A stretch of 64,000 nucleotides of DNA from Ruminococcus sp. (GCF_045129435.1 NZ_JBGVJL010000193.1:20447-84446), one strand, 5' to 3'. Positions 50,996-61,465 are shown, numbered from the stretch's first letter. Numbers and translations are program-made. Notes: generated by a model from the sequence alone, not told the origin.

Positions 50996-52981
50996 TCAGC
51001 TTAGATCAAGATTATCAATGTACTCATTGCCATGAGCCACAATATAATCTTTTCTGCCCTGAAGATTGTCGCCGAGCAGAATATCAAAAATTTCCGCTGT
51101 TTTTTCAGCGTCAGTCGGCATAACCTTAATAAGTCTGCGTGTGGCAGGATTCATAGTTGTAAGGTTCATCATATCAGGTTCGTTTTCACCAAGACCTTTT
51201 GAACGCTGAATTGTAAACTTTTCCTTGCCAATCTGAGAAATAAACTTGTCCTTTTCTATTTCGTCATATGCAAAATAAACATCGTTTTTAGAGGTAATCT
51301 CATAAAGCGGTGATTCCGCAATAAACACTTTGCCCTCATTGATAAGAGTAGGTGTGAGTCTGTAAAGCATAGTAAGCAGAAGTGTACGAATCTGAAAGCC
51401 GTCAACATCGGCATCGGTACAAAGTATAACCTTGTTCCAACGCAAAGCGTTCAGGTCGAACTCGCTCAGATTCTTATTTGCTTTTGACTTAACCTCAACG
51501 CCACAGCCAAGCACTCTTAAAAGGTCTGTAATAATCTCACTCTTGAAAATTTTGTCATAATCGGCCTTTAGGCAGTTGAGAATTTTTCCTCGAATCGGCA
51601 TAATTGCCTGAAAATCAGGGTTTCGTGCCTGCTTACAAGCACCGAGAGCAGAGTCACCCTCTACTATGAAAAGCTCTCTTTCCTCGGCATTTTTGCTGCG
51701 GCAATCAACGAATTTTGCAACTCTGTTTGTCATATCAAGACTGCCCGAAAGCTTTTTCTTTATGTTGAGTCGGGTTTTCTCGGCATTTTCTCGGCTACGC
51801 TTATTTACAAGCACCTGCTGAGCAATTTTATCTGCCTCAAGCGGATTTTCAATAAAATACACCTCAAGGCTCTGCTTTAAGAACGCTGTCATAGCGTCCT
51901 GAATACCCTTGTTGGTAACTGATTTTTTAGTCTGGTTTTCATATGAGGAAACGCTTGAGAACGAAGAAATTACGCACACAAGGCAATCCTCTATGTCGTC
52001 AAATTTAATCTTGCTTTCAGATTTATTATATTTATTGTTTGTTTTTAAGTAATTGTCTATCTGATACAGAAAAGCAGTTCTCACTGCCTTGTCCGGAGCA
52101 CCGCCATGCTCAAGCCAACTGGAGTTATGATAATATTCTGTAAGGCTTGTTTGATTTGAAAAAGCCACAGCAACATCAATTTTGCATTTATACTCAGGCT
52201 TATCGTCACGGTCACGGGTTTTTACCTCGGTAGTCCAATGCTGAACAGAGGTAAAGCCGCTTTCGCCGATAACCTCCGCCACATGGTCCTCAATACCGTT
52301 TACATAGCAATATGTGGTGGTGTCAAAGCTTTTGCCGTTCTGATTTCTGAAAATGAACTCAACGCCGGCATTTACAATAGCCTGTCTTTTCATTATGTCA
52401 AGGAAATACTCAGGCTGAATGTCTATATCTGTAAATACCTCAAGGTCAGGCTTCCAGCGGATTTTTGTGCCTGTATCCTTTTTATTGTACGGCTCTTTTT
52501 TTAGGCCTCCGATATTCTCGCCCTTTTCAAAATGCAGAGTATAGCGAGTACCGCCTCGGCGAATATCAACATCCATATACTCTGAGCTGTACTGAGTTGA
52601 GCAAAGACCCAGACCGTTCATACCGAGCGAAAACTCATAGCTTTCGCCCTCATTATTATTATATTTACCGCCTGCATACATTTCACAGAACACAAGCTTC
52701 CAGTTGTACTCCTGCTCGTTTTCGTTAAAGTCAACAGGAATACCTCTGCCGTGATCCTCTACCTCAATCGAGCCGTCAGAAAACCTTGTTACGGTAATTT
52801 TTTTACCGTAGCCCTCTCTTGCCTCGTCAATAGAGTTAGAAAGAATTTCAAAAACAGAATGTTGACAGCCGTCAATACCATCAGAGCCAAAAATAACCGC
52901 CGGTCTTTTTCGCACTCTGTCTGCACCTTTAAGGGCAGAAATACTTGAATCACCGTATTCAACTGCTTTGGTTTTAGCCAT
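50996..52981 (-). CDS. parE: Type IIA topoisomerase B subunit (ParE-like)
   Basis: VRKRP, EILSNSIDE, GRGIP, EGDSA, PIRGKILN, TDADVDG, KGLGE. Confidence 0.8.
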   Translation of the reverse strand: MAKTKAVEYGDSSISALKGADRVRKRPAVIFGSDGIDGCQHSVFEILSNSIDEAREGYGKKITVTRFSDGSIEVEDHGRGIPVDFNENEQEYNWKLVFCEMYAGGKYNNNEGESYEFSLGMNGLGLCSTQYSSEYMDVDIRRGGTRYTLHFEKGENIGGLKKEPYNKKDTGTKIRWKPDLEVFTDIDIQPEYFLDIMKRQAIVNAGVEFIFRNQNGKSFDTTTYCYVNGIEDHVAEVIGESGFTSVQHWTTEVKTRDRDDKPEYKCKIDVAVAFSNQTSLTEYYHNSSWLEHGGAPDKAVRTAFLYQIDNYLKTNNKYNKSESKIKFDDIEDCLVCVISSFSSVSSYENQTKKSVTNKGIQDAMTAFLKQSLEVYFIENPLEADKIAQQVLVNKRSRENAEKTRLNIKKKLSGSLDMTNRVAKFVDCRSKNAEERELFIVEGDSALGACKQARNPDFQAIMPIRGKILNCLKADYDKIFKSEIITDLLRVLGCGVEVKSKANKNLSEFDLNALRWNKVILCTDADVDGFQIRTLLLTMLYRLTPTLINEGKVFIAESPLYEITSKNDVYFAYDEIEKDKFISQIGKEKFTIQRSKGLGENEPDMMNLTTMNPATRRLIKVMPTDAEKTAEIFDILLGDNLQGRKDYIVAHGNEYIDNLDLS

Positions 52982-52992
52982 TAAATCAATCC

Positions 52993-54951
52993 TCATTTAT
53001 CGCCACGAAGCTTTTTGATTTTGTCACGCAGATAAGCGGCGTGTTCAAATTCAAGCAGCTTTGCGGCAGCTTTCATTTCTTTAGTCAGGCTCTCAATAAG
53101 CTGCTGCTTTTGAGCCTTACTCAGCTTTTTAGCTGATTTGAATTCATCGTCTGTATGAGTAGAAATTTCAAGAATTTCACTAACTTTTTTAACAATGGTA
53201 GTAGGAGTAATTCCATGCTCCTTGTTGTATGCCTGCTGAATTTTTCTTCTGCGTTCGGTTTCGGTAATCGCCTTACGCATAGAGTCTGTAACGCTGTCGG
53301 CATACATAATTACAGTACCCTCGCTGTTTCGTGCAGCTCTGCCGCAAATCTGAATAAGCGAGCGTTCACTACGCAAAAAGCCTTCCTTGTCAGCGTCCAG
53401 AATTGCCACAAGCGACACTTCCGGAATATCAAGTCCCTCTCTTAAAAGGTTAATTCCGACAAGTACATCAAATTCGCCAAGTCTTAAATCTCTGACAATC
53501 TCCATTCGCTCCACCGTATCAATATCATGGTGCATATAGCGTACCTTTATACCCATGGTTTCAAGGTATGCCGTCAGATCCTCAGCCATTTTTTTGGTGA
53601 GCGTTGTAACAAGCACTCTCTGCTTTTTGCTCACTCTTATATTAATCTCAGAAACAAGGTCATCAAGCTGTCCCTCGGTAGGTCTTACCGAAATTTCAGG
53701 GTCAAGAAGTCCCGTAGGTCTGATGATCTGCTCTGCAACTGTCTGTGATTTTTCGAGCTCCAGATCGCCCGGAGTTGCACTTACAAACACTACCTGATTA
53801 ATTCTGTCGTAAAACTCATCAAAATTAAGCGGTCTGTTGTCAAATGCAGACGGCAGACGGAAGCCGTAGTCAACAAGATTTTTCTTCCTTGCGTGGTCGC
53901 CTGCATACATTCCCCTTACCTGTGGCAGGGTAACATGCGACTCGTCAACAAACATAAGAAAATCCTTTGGAAAATAATCGAGCAATGTGTACGGCGAAGA
54001 CCCCGGCTTTCTGCCCGAAAGTATTCTTGAATAATTTTCAATACCCGTACAAAATCCGATTTCCTGCAGCATTTCCATATCATAGCGTGTACGCTGTTCA
54101 ATACGCTGTGCCTCAAGCAATTTACCGTTTTCACGAAAGTACGCAAGTCGCTGTTCAAGCTCTTTGTCAATTTCTTTAAGAGCCGTTGTCATTTTATCTC
54201 TTGAAACAATATAGTGTGACGCTGGGTAAATTGCGGCATGCTTTAGCAATGCCTTTAATTCGCCTGTAAGCGGATTAATCTCGGAAATTCTGTCGATTTC
54301 ATCGCCGAAAAATTCAACTCTGATAATAGAATCATTAGATGCAGCAGGAAAAATCTCTACTACATCGCCTCTGACTCTGAATTTATTTCTTATAAAATTA
54401 ACATCATTGCGTTCATATTGCAGCTCCACAAGCTTTTTTACGAGGTCATCTCTGCTTTTTTCCATACCGGGTCGCAGAGAAATTACCATATTACGGTAAT
54501 CAATAGGGTCACCCAAGCTGTAAATGCACGAAACCGATGCAACGATAATTACATCTCGTCTTTCAGAAAGTGCAAGGGTGGCACTGTGCCTCAGCTTGTC
54601 GATTTCATCATTTATAGAGCTGTCCTTTTCAATATAAGTATCGGTATTTGCAATGTAAGCCTCCGGCTGATAATAATCATAATAAGACACAAAGTACTCT
54701 ACCGCATTATCAGGAAAAAATTCCTTAAACTCACTACAGAGCTGTGCCGCAAGTGTTTTGTTGTGTGCGAGCACAAGGGTAGGTCTTTGCGTCCTTTCAA
54801 TTATATTAGCCATTGTAAATGTTTTGCCCGAGCCTGTTACACCGAGCAGGGTTTGTTCTCTGTTGCCCGATTCAATGCTTTGCACAAGCTCATCAATCGC
54901 CTGAGGCTGGTCGCCCGTAGGCTTGTATTTAGATTTAAGTTTAAATTCCAT
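52993..54951 (-). CDS. uvrB: Excinuclease ABC subunit B
   Basis: [29 protein letters not shown]-terminal UVR coil. Confidence 0.97.
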   Translation of the reverse strand: MEFKLKSKYKPTGDQPQAIDELVQSIESGNREQTLLGVTGSGKTFTMANIIERTQRPTLVLAHNKTLAAQLCSEFKEFFPDNAVEYFVSYYDYYQPEAYIANTDTYIEKDSSINDEIDKLRHSATLALSERRDVIIVASVSCIYSLGDPIDYRNMVISLRPGMEKSRDDLVKKLVELQYERNDVNFIRNKFRVRGDVVEIFPAASNDSIIRVEFFGDEIDRISEINPLTGELKALLKHAAIYPASHYIVSRDKMTTALKEIDKELEQRLAYFRENGKLLEAQRIEQRTRYDMEMLQEIGFCTGIENYSRILSGRKPGSSPYTLLDYFPKDFLMFVDESHVTLPQVRGMYAGDHARKKNLVDYGFRLPSAFDNRPLNFDEFYDRINQVVFVSATPGDLELEKSQTVAEQIIRPTGLLDPEISVRPTEGQLDDLVSEINIRVSKKQRVLVTTLTKKMAEDLTAYLETMGIKVRYMHHDIDTVERMEIVRDLRLGEFDVLVGINLLREGLDIPEVSLVAILDADKEGFLRSERSLIQICGRAARNSEGTVIMYADSVTDSMRKAITETERRRKIQQAYNKEHGITPTTIVKKVSEILEISTHTDDEFKSAKKLSKAQKQQLIESLTKEMKAAAKLLEFEHAAYLRDKIKKLRGDK

Positions 54952-54963
54952 AAAATCAAACCT

Positions 54964-55653
54964 TTAAAGTAAAAAAATACTTCCCGACATTTCGCTGTCA
55001 CGCAGGGAAACATAGTCAAACTCGGTCACAATAAAGTGGTCAATAAGGTTTACGCCTACATTCTTTAGGGTCTGCCTTATCACCCTTGTAGAATTTATGT
55101 CACTTTGTGACGGCAACGCCGAACCGCTTGGGTGATTGTGCCCCAGAAAAGCCGTTTTTGCGTTGTGCCTGAGTGCAAGGTCAACTATCTTTCTCAGCGG
55201 AACATCAGATGAATTAAGCGAACCTTTTGAGATAATGTCAAAGAAAATCATTCTGCCCTTTGCGTCCCCGAGCATAAGAGCCACAGCCTCGTTTGTTCTG
55301 CCAATAAACTTATTTATAAACATTTCGCCGAGGTGCTCAAGGTCAATGACATTATGATTTTCCGTTTTTGATTCTTTATACACCCTTGAAAATTCGGGGA
55401 GCATTTTAAGAAACACCGCACAGGACTGTGAGAGCGAAAACTCCCTCATAAGCTCGTCAACGGGAGCGTCGCACACTCCTGCAACAGTTAAATATCTGTC
55501 AAGCAGGCGGTGAGCCAGTGCGTTGGTATCTTTTCGGGGAATGGCATAGAAAAGGCACATTTCAAGCACCTCGTGAGGCTCAAAGCCGTCAAAGCCGTTG
55601 TCGAGAAACCTCTTACGCACTCTGTCACGATGCCCGCTATGCTCATTTGCCAT
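54964..55653 (-). CDS. radC: RadC (JAB-domain) protein
   Basis: H.GHR.R, PRKDTN, HNHPSG...S..D, DHFIV. Confidence 0.92.
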   Translation of the reverse strand: MANEHSGHRDRVRKRFLDNGFDGFEPHEVLEMCLFYAIPRKDTNALAHRLLDRYLTVAGVCDAPVDELMREFSLSQSCAVFLKMLPEFSRVYKESKTENHNVIDLEHLGEMFINKFIGRTNEAVALMLGDAKGRMIFFDIISKGSLNSSDVPLRKIVDLALRHNAKTAFLGHNHPSGSALPSQSDINSTRVIRQTLKNVGVNLIDHFIVTEFDYVSLRDSEMSGSIFLL

Positions 55654-55683
55654 ACCATTCACCTCCGATTTATTTGCTAAAAA

Positions 55684-56361
55684 TTATTCCTTTACGCCGT
55701 ACTGCTCGTAGTAAGCGTCAATAGCAGCCTTGAGTTTATCGTCAATGATAACCTTGCCCTTGTATTCCTTGTTGTAAAGATGCTCAACAACCTCTGCCAT
55801 AGTAACAATAGCGGTAGTCTTTAAGCCGTACTTTTCTTCAATTTCAGAAAGTGCACTCTTAGTGCCCTTACCTCTCTCCATTCTGTCAACAGAAACAACA
55901 AGACCGATAGGGTCAACATTGCCCTGTGCCTTGATAATAGGAAGTGTTTCCTCAATAGATGTGCCGGCTGTAGTAACATCTTCAATAATAACCACCTTGT
56001 CGCCGTCATTAATCGGACTGCCAAGTAAAATGCCCTTGTCGCCGTGGTCCTTAACCTCTTTGCGGTTTGAGCAGTAGCGAATATCTGTATCGTACTTTTC
56101 GCTGATTGCGATAGTTGCGGCAACCGAAAGCGGAATACCCTTGTAAGCAGGTCCGAAAAGCACATCAAAATCAAGGCCGAACTTCTCTTTAATAGCCTCT
56201 GCATAGTAACCGCCAAGCTTTCTGAGCTGTGCACCGGTTCTGTAGAAGCCTGTGTTTACGAAAAATGGTGTCTTTCTGCCGCTCTTTGTTACAAAGTCGC
56301 CAAACTTGAGCACCTGACAGTCAACCATAAATTCAATAAATTCCTTTTTGTAAGCGTCCAT
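55684..56361 (-). CDS. pyrE: Orotate phosphoribosyltransferase
   Basis: FVTKSGR, FGPAYKGIP, RKEVKDHG, IEDVTTAG. Confidence 0.95.
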   Translation of the reverse strand: MDAYKKEFIEFMVDCQVLKFGDFVTKSGRKTPFFVNTGFYRTGAQLRKLGGYYAEAIKEKFGLDFDVLFGPAYKGIPLSVAATIAISEKYDTDIRYCSNRKEVKDHGDKGILLGSPINDGDKVVIIEDVTTAGTSIEETLPIIKAQGNVDPIGLVVSVDRMERGKGTKSALSEIEEKYGLKTTAIVTMAEVVEHLYNKEYKGKVIIDDKLKAAIDAYYEQYGVKE

Positions 56362-56660
56362 TATTAAAACCTCCGATAAAAATACATAATTTAACATTTA
56401 ACATCATACCACATATGTTCGGTTTTGTAAATGATAAAACTAAAATTTACTCTTTAAAAAATCCCTATATAAATAGTATAGGGAATTGCAAACGAAAATG
56501 TTTGTTTCAGACAGAAAAATCTGTAAAACAATATTTCAATAATTATATTAAAAATACTTTACAAAGTGATTGCAGAATATCAACTGTTTGTAATTTTTTG
56601 CTTAATAGAGAAAATGCACAAATAATGCCAATAATCAGACTTAAAACTATATTATTAACC

Positions 56661-56689
56661 TTGCAAAATTTTAAGAATTAGTGTACAAT
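56661..56689 (+). promoter_or_regulatory. Putative sigma-A promoter of the first pilin gene
   Basis: TTGCAA-17 nt-TACAAT. Confidence 0.5.
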
Positions 56690-56741
56690 ATTTGTTGTAA
56701 TATTATTTTGCAAAATAATATATTTAATGAGGGAGAATAAA

Positions 56742-57284
56742 ATGAGAAAGGATTTTTCATCAAAGTCAGGCGATTTCATTCAAAATCAGCCGACTGGTTT
56801 TGTTAAAAGTAAAAAAGGTTTTACGCTCGTAGAAATCGTAGTTACAATTTGCATACTTGCAACTCTAGCAGCTATTGCTTTACCGGTAATTGCATACACT
56901 CTTGAAAGTTCACTTAAAAGCAAAGCCAAAACAAATGCACATAGTATAGAAGTGGCAATAAAAGAGGCAAATTCGTTGCTTGGTGCAAAAGATAGCCTAA
57001 AATATGCCAATGCAAGTTCAAATAGTATTAAAATCTCCGAAGTTGTGAAAGCAAATAACATAGGGAATGCTTTTGAACCTGTTGATGTTTACGGCACAGT
57101 ATATTACCCGGTTATGTGCAAAGGCAAGGTGTATTTTGCCACAGATTCAAACGGTGACAATAGCTTTGACAAAAACGATAAAGACATTGACGGCAACAAC
57201 CTGCCCGACACCTGCGTTGCATTATACGACAAGGTAAACAATAAGATAATAGAGAACGAGATAAGCAATCTGCCTTTAAATTAA
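56742..57284 (+). CDS. Type IV pilin-like protein
   Basis: KKG|FTLVE class III signal followed by a hydrophobic helix. Confidence 0.9.
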   Translation: MRKDFSSKSGDFIQNQPTGFVKSKKGFTLVEIVVTICILATLAAIALPVIAYTLESSLKSKAKTNAHSIEVAIKEANSLLGAKDSLKYANASSNSIKISEVVKANNIGNAFEPVDVYGTVYYPVMCKGKVYFATDSNGDNSFDKNDKDIDGNNLPDTCVALYDKVNNKIIENEISNLPLN

Positions 57285-57371
57285 CAGGTGGCATTTTTAA
57301 CAATTTAGCGAGCTAAAGTTTGTGCAATCTAATAAAAATGTGTTTTCTTAACTTTTTTTGGTAAAAATATA

Positions 57372-57400
57372 TTGCAATTTCTGTAAATGTGTTATATAAT
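57372..57400 (+). promoter_or_regulatory. Sigma-A promoter of the probable major pilin
   Basis: TTGCAA-17 nt-TATAAT. Confidence 0.65.
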
Positions 57401-57506
57401 AAACTCGTTTCAAGGGAACAGCAACCGCAAAATTCTATCAGCAACTCGCAGTTGCAGTTTCTACAAAACGGTTCACAAAAATATTTTTTAAGAGAGGTAA
57501 AAACAC

Positions 57507-58010
57507 ATGAACGAAATTCAGGCAGTAAAGACTGCAAAAATCGAAGAAGTAAAGAAGAACAGCAAAAAAGGCTTTACACTCGTAGAGCTCGTAGTTGTAA
57601 TTGCAATCCTTGCAATCCTCGCAGCTATTGCTATCCCGGTTGTATCATCAACAATCGCATCGTCACAGAGAAGCACAGCTCTTTCAAATGCGCAGACACT
57701 TGAGCTTGCACTCAAAGAGGCTCATGCTCAGGCTATTGCTAAAGATACATCTGTATTCACTGATGGCTTAGACACAACTGTTGCTGTTGTTATCGATAAA
57801 AAGGCTCTCAAGCTTGAGGATACAGTAAAGATTGACAATAAAGACTATGTTCTTCAGTGGTCTAAGACTGACAGCAAGTGTTATTATGTTTACACAGCAG
57901 CTTCTGGTGGTACATCAGAGTGCCTTGGTGAAACATCTGTTCCAAGTGGTACTTTAACTACACTTGTAACATCAGGTACTACTTCACAGAAACTTAGTGA
58001 CTTGTTCTAA
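57507..58010 (+). CDS. pilA: Type IV pilin, probable major pilin
   Basis: KKG|FTLVELVVVIAILAILAAIAIP; has its own promoter and terminator. Confidence 0.88.
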   Translation: MNEIQAVKTAKIEEVKKNSKKGFTLVELVVVIAILAILAAIAIPVVSSTIASSQRSTALSNAQTLELALKEAHAQAIAKDTSVFTDGLDTTVAVVIDKKALKLEDTVKIDNKDYVLQWSKTDSKCYYVYTAASGGTSECLGETSVPSGTLTTLVTSGTTSQKLSDLF

Positions 58011-58065
58011 TTTATACATTTACATTATTAAATCTCGGTTTTGCTGATGACCGACAACATACAAG

Positions 58066-58094
58066 CAAAAGGCTCGCCGAGTGCGAGCCTTTTG
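58066..58094 (+). terminator. Intrinsic terminator after pilA
   Basis: CAAAAGGCTCGC-cgagt-GCGAGCCTTTTG. Confidence 0.8.
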
Positions 58095-58166
58095 AAATGT
58101 ATACAGTTTTTTGGTGTATTAAACTTAACTTTTGTGTATTATTTATAATTTTTAGGAGTATCCCCT

Positions 58167-58220
58167 ATTTGATTATAAAATTATTTTAATTTATTCTTTA
58201 AAATAATTTTATAATCAAAT
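58167..58220. repeat. Perfect 23-bp inverted repeat with 8-nt spacer
   Basis: ATTTGATTATAAAATTATTTTAA-tttattct-TTAAAATAATTTTATAATCAAAT. Confidence 0.9.
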
Positions 58221-58282
58221 CAGTTTAAAATTAACGATTTTGATGAGCTAATTAAGCATATAATATTCAGGTGGTGTATTAA

Positions 58283-60016
58283 ATGAATTATGTACTGGTG
58301 CAGATTGCCAAAAGATACCTTTGCATAACAGCCTGCGAAACTGTGGGCGAAGCTGCTGCCAATGGCACAGATAATAAGGCAAAAGGTAAAAAGCAGGCTG
58401 ACCCAAACGAAAAGAAAGCCTACTCTTTCTCCTCTCCTCTTATTATACCTGTTGACAAGGCTATATTAAAGGATAAAAGTTCTGTATGGGAAGACCCTTC
58501 TCTCCTTGCTCGTCTTGTAAAGGAAGGACTCAGCACAATGAACCACAGTGAGGTTCGTGATGTTATTCTCATGGTAGAAAGCTATGACCTTACCTGTCAG
58601 GAATACCAGCACATTAAGGGTGCTAAAAAAGTTCTTGAGGGACTTGCTATTGACAGAATTAAAGACTTTGTAGGCGAGGCAGTTTCTGACTTCTCGGTAA
58701 TCTACAAAGACTATTCAGAATTTAAAACAAAAGAGGTAAATGAAGAAATTACTTCTAAAGCTTTTGCAATGCCAAAGGCACTTGCCGATGACCTTGTAGC
58801 AGGCTTTAAGGCTTTCTCTCTTAACCTTATTCAGATTATCCCTTCTGAGGCGGCAATGATTTACTCCGCTCAGAAAACAATCTATAGCTTTAACAAGACA
58901 ATCGCACTCATCAGTATGGACTACTCAGCAGTAAGAGTACTCATTGCTAAAGACGGTGTTCCTCTTTACTGCCACGACTTTGTTTCCCCTGTTGACGATA
59001 TTCTACAGGTTATTGAAGAAGACAGAGATTTAAGCACCGCTGCCGCTATTGACTATCTGCGAACAGCAGGCTATGGCTTTAAAGAAGAGTGTCGTAATGC
59101 ATCTTCTCAGAGGAAAATTGATGACATTGCAGAAAACCTCATTGACGATATTGTACGCAACATTCGTCTTGTAACAATGTCACTCAACATCAGCATTGAC
59201 CAGATGTTCTTAAGCGACTTCTTAGCTTACATACCTCACATTCGCAATTACTTTACAAACTTTGGCCTTGCAGGCGAGGTTATGCTTGTTTCCGATACCT
59301 TTACCACCGGTTCTGTTATTCCTGAGCCATCACTAAAGGCAAGAGATGACTTCTACAAAAACGGCTCATACTTCCTTATGAATGAGCTTATGAACTGTGG
59401 TACTGTTTTTGAAAACAACCTTATTTACGGCTTAAAGGCTCAGCAGGCTAAAACACTTGACCAAAGTGGCAAGGCTGCGAAGGTTGGCTGCATAGGACTT
59501 GGTGCATTAAGCGTATTAGGCATTGCATTCTTTGGTTTCTTCTTTGGCAGAAGCATTGTAGATGATATGATTTATAACGATACAAAGTACGACTATGCAA
59601 AAACTCTTATAGAAAAAAGAGATAATATTACTCAGGCTTTGCAGGATCAGTCACAAGACGCATCTCTTCTTCCAAGAACTCAGCTTTACTGCGAAGATGT
59701 AATTAATCAGCTTGACACACAGGTTGTTAAGAAAATGAGAAGCTTTGACAGTTACAATATTACTCATACTACTGACGGTGATGAAAGCTACTCTATTCCG
59801 GTCAGCGGTACAATCAAAGACTTCCCTACCTTTATTGATTTACAGAACAGCATCAAAGATGACGGATACTTTATAATGAATGAAACCTTCTCGGTTGCAG
59901 ATGATCCGGATTCAGGTCTTTATCAGCTTTCTGCACAAATTACAACAGACAAAACAACTGTTGACGCAAGAAACGCTGCTAATGAATCAACCGATAACAG
60001 CGATGCTGAGAATTAA
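58283..60016 (+). CDS. PilM-PilN fusion-like pilus assembly protein
   Basis: Large cytoplasmic actin-like region, one TM near residue 400-420, then coiled coil and extracellular domain; lies before pilO. Confidence 0.7.
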   Translation: MNYVLVQIAKRYLCITACETVGEAAANGTDNKAKGKKQADPNEKKAYSFSSPLIIPVDKAILKDKSSVWEDPSLLARLVKEGLSTMNHSEVRDVILMVESYDLTCQEYQHIKGAKKVLEGLAIDRIKDFVGEAVSDFSVIYKDYSEFKTKEVNEEITSKAFAMPKALADDLVAGFKAFSLNLIQIIPSEAAMIYSAQKTIYSFNKTIALISMDYSAVRVLIAKDGVPLYCHDFVSPVDDILQVIEEDRDLSTAAAIDYLRTAGYGFKEECRNASSQRKIDDIAENLIDDIVRNIRLVTMSLNISIDQMFLSDFLAYIPHIRNYFTNFGLAGEVMLVSDTFTTGSVIPEPSLKARDDFYKNGSYFLMNELMNCGTVFENNLIYGLKAQQAKTLDQSGKAAKVGCIGLGALSVLGIAFFGFFFGRSIVDDMIYNDTKYDYAKTLIEKRDNITQALQDQSQDASLLPRTQLYCEDVINQLDTQVVKKMRSFDSYNITHTTDGDESYSIPVSGTIKDFPTFIDLQNSIKDDGYFIMNETFSVADDPDSGLYQLSAQITTDKTTVDARNAANESTDNSDAEN

Positions 60017-60030
60017 GGGAGGGAAAAATA

Positions 60031-60630
60031 ATGAAGAAAAATAAAATTCCGGGTTCAATTATCGCCTTTTTAGTACTCCTCATTGTTTTTGTAATTATAT
60101 TGGTTGCACTTGTAGTACCAACTATTACAGGTCTTTCAAAATACAATGAAGATCATGCTACAATTTCAGCTCAGATTGCCGACTGTGACTCAGTGCTTGC
60201 TGATCAGGCAAATGTTGAGAAAAGAATTGAAGAAATGACTCAGCAGTACAACGAAAATCAGGAAACACTTTATATTGACGCAAAATCTTCTGTTGAGGAT
60301 TTACAGGCTATCTTTGCTGACCTCGGCATTGATATGACATCACTTAATCGTGGTGAAAGTGTTCAAGATGACCAAGGCAGAACATCAATGGGCGGTATTC
60401 CACTTTTTAAAACAAATCTTTCTTTCAGCTACAACGGCTCAGAAGAAAACACACTCAAACTTGTTCATTACCTTGAGCAGGAGTCAAAGGGCTGCTACTT
60501 TATTAATACACTCACAATGTCACCAATGGAAGGTAGCAGTGATTACTCAACCTCATTCGATGTAACATTGTACTATTTTGACTCAACAAAGCAGGTTGCA
60601 ACTACTGCACCAACTGAACCAACTACATAA
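60031..60630 (+). CDS. PilO-like pilus assembly protein
   Basis: N-terminal TM, coiled coil, SFSYNGS...L...LE...Y.I ferredoxin-like pattern. Confidence 0.7.
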   Translation: MKKNKIPGSIIAFLVLLIVFVIILVALVVPTITGLSKYNEDHATISAQIADCDSVLADQANVEKRIEEMTQQYNENQETLYIDAKSSVEDLQAIFADLGIDMTSLNRGESVQDDQGRTSMGGIPLFKTNLSFSYNGSEENTLKLVHYLEQESKGCYFINTLTMSPMEGSSDYSTSFDVTLYYFDSTKQVATTAPTEPTT

Positions 60631-60647
60631 TTTAAGGACTTTTTACT

Positions 60648-61433
60648 ATGGCTAATTTACTTTCAATCGACTTTTCGCAAATTTCAACCTACATAACAAT
60701 GGCAGTAATTCTTGTACTGTCTGTTGTGCTCTGTATGCTTGCATACAGACTTTTAAACGCTGTGCCTGCAAAATGGCTGTGCGACTATGACGAGGAGCCT
60801 GACGAAAGTCTTTTAGGTACAAGGTATATTTTCAAACAAAGCGGAATTTACACTTCCGCTTTGTTTGCTATATTTAACTTAGGCATCTTTGCGTTTTTCG
60901 GCTATTCTTATTACACAATTTTCTTTTTATTAATTTCGTACACAATGCTCCTCATTGCTATGAGCGACTTTAAATATACAATTATTCCCGACCAATTCAC
61001 AATCGCACTTGCTGTGCTCTGCGTGGCACTTGCAATAACCGACCTTCTCACACAGCAGATTTTTATTAAAGAATGGTGGAGTATTCCGCTTGGTGCTGCG
61101 TGCGGTGGCGGTGCACTTATGATTATCAATTTATTTTCTATTGTTATTCTTAAAAAGAACGGAATGGGCTTTGGCGATGTAAAGCTTATGCTTGCACTCG
61201 GTGCTTGTCTTGGTTTTCCTATGGTATTCTCAGGACTTTTAATCTCTGTGCTTGTTGCATTCCTTTATATAATATTTTTGCTTGTTAAAAAAATCTTCTC
61301 CAAAAACGATGTTTCAAGCTATTTCCCATTTGGCCCGTTTCTCTGCATTGGCTCTCTGTGCAGTATGTTCTTGGTAAATGTTATTAACTACGGCTTAGAC
61401 CTTTACTTCGGACTTTTCAGCCTTAGTTTTTAA
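60648..61433 (+). CDS. pilD: Prepilin peptidase (A24)
   Basis: SDFKYTIIPD, GMGFGDVKL, FPFGPFL. Confidence 0.9.
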   Translation: MANLLSIDFSQISTYITMAVILVLSVVLCMLAYRLLNAVPAKWLCDYDEEPDESLLGTRYIFKQSGIYTSALFAIFNLGIFAFFGYSYYTIFFLLISYTMLLIAMSDFKYTIIPDQFTIALAVLCVALAITDLLTQQIFIKEWWSIPLGAACGGGALMIINLFSIVILKKNGMGFGDVKLMLALGACLGFPMVFSGLLISVLVAFLYIIFLLVKKIFSKNDVSSYFPFGPFLCIGSLCSMFLVNVINYGLDLYFGLFSLSF

Positions 61434-61465
61434 CTTGTTATTTCCCCTTGAAAGGATGATTACAT

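Noticed and set aside
57401..57506. c-di-GMP-I or -II riboswitch before pilA
   Set aside because: Only partial word matches (CGCAAA); the required stems and motifs are not evident.
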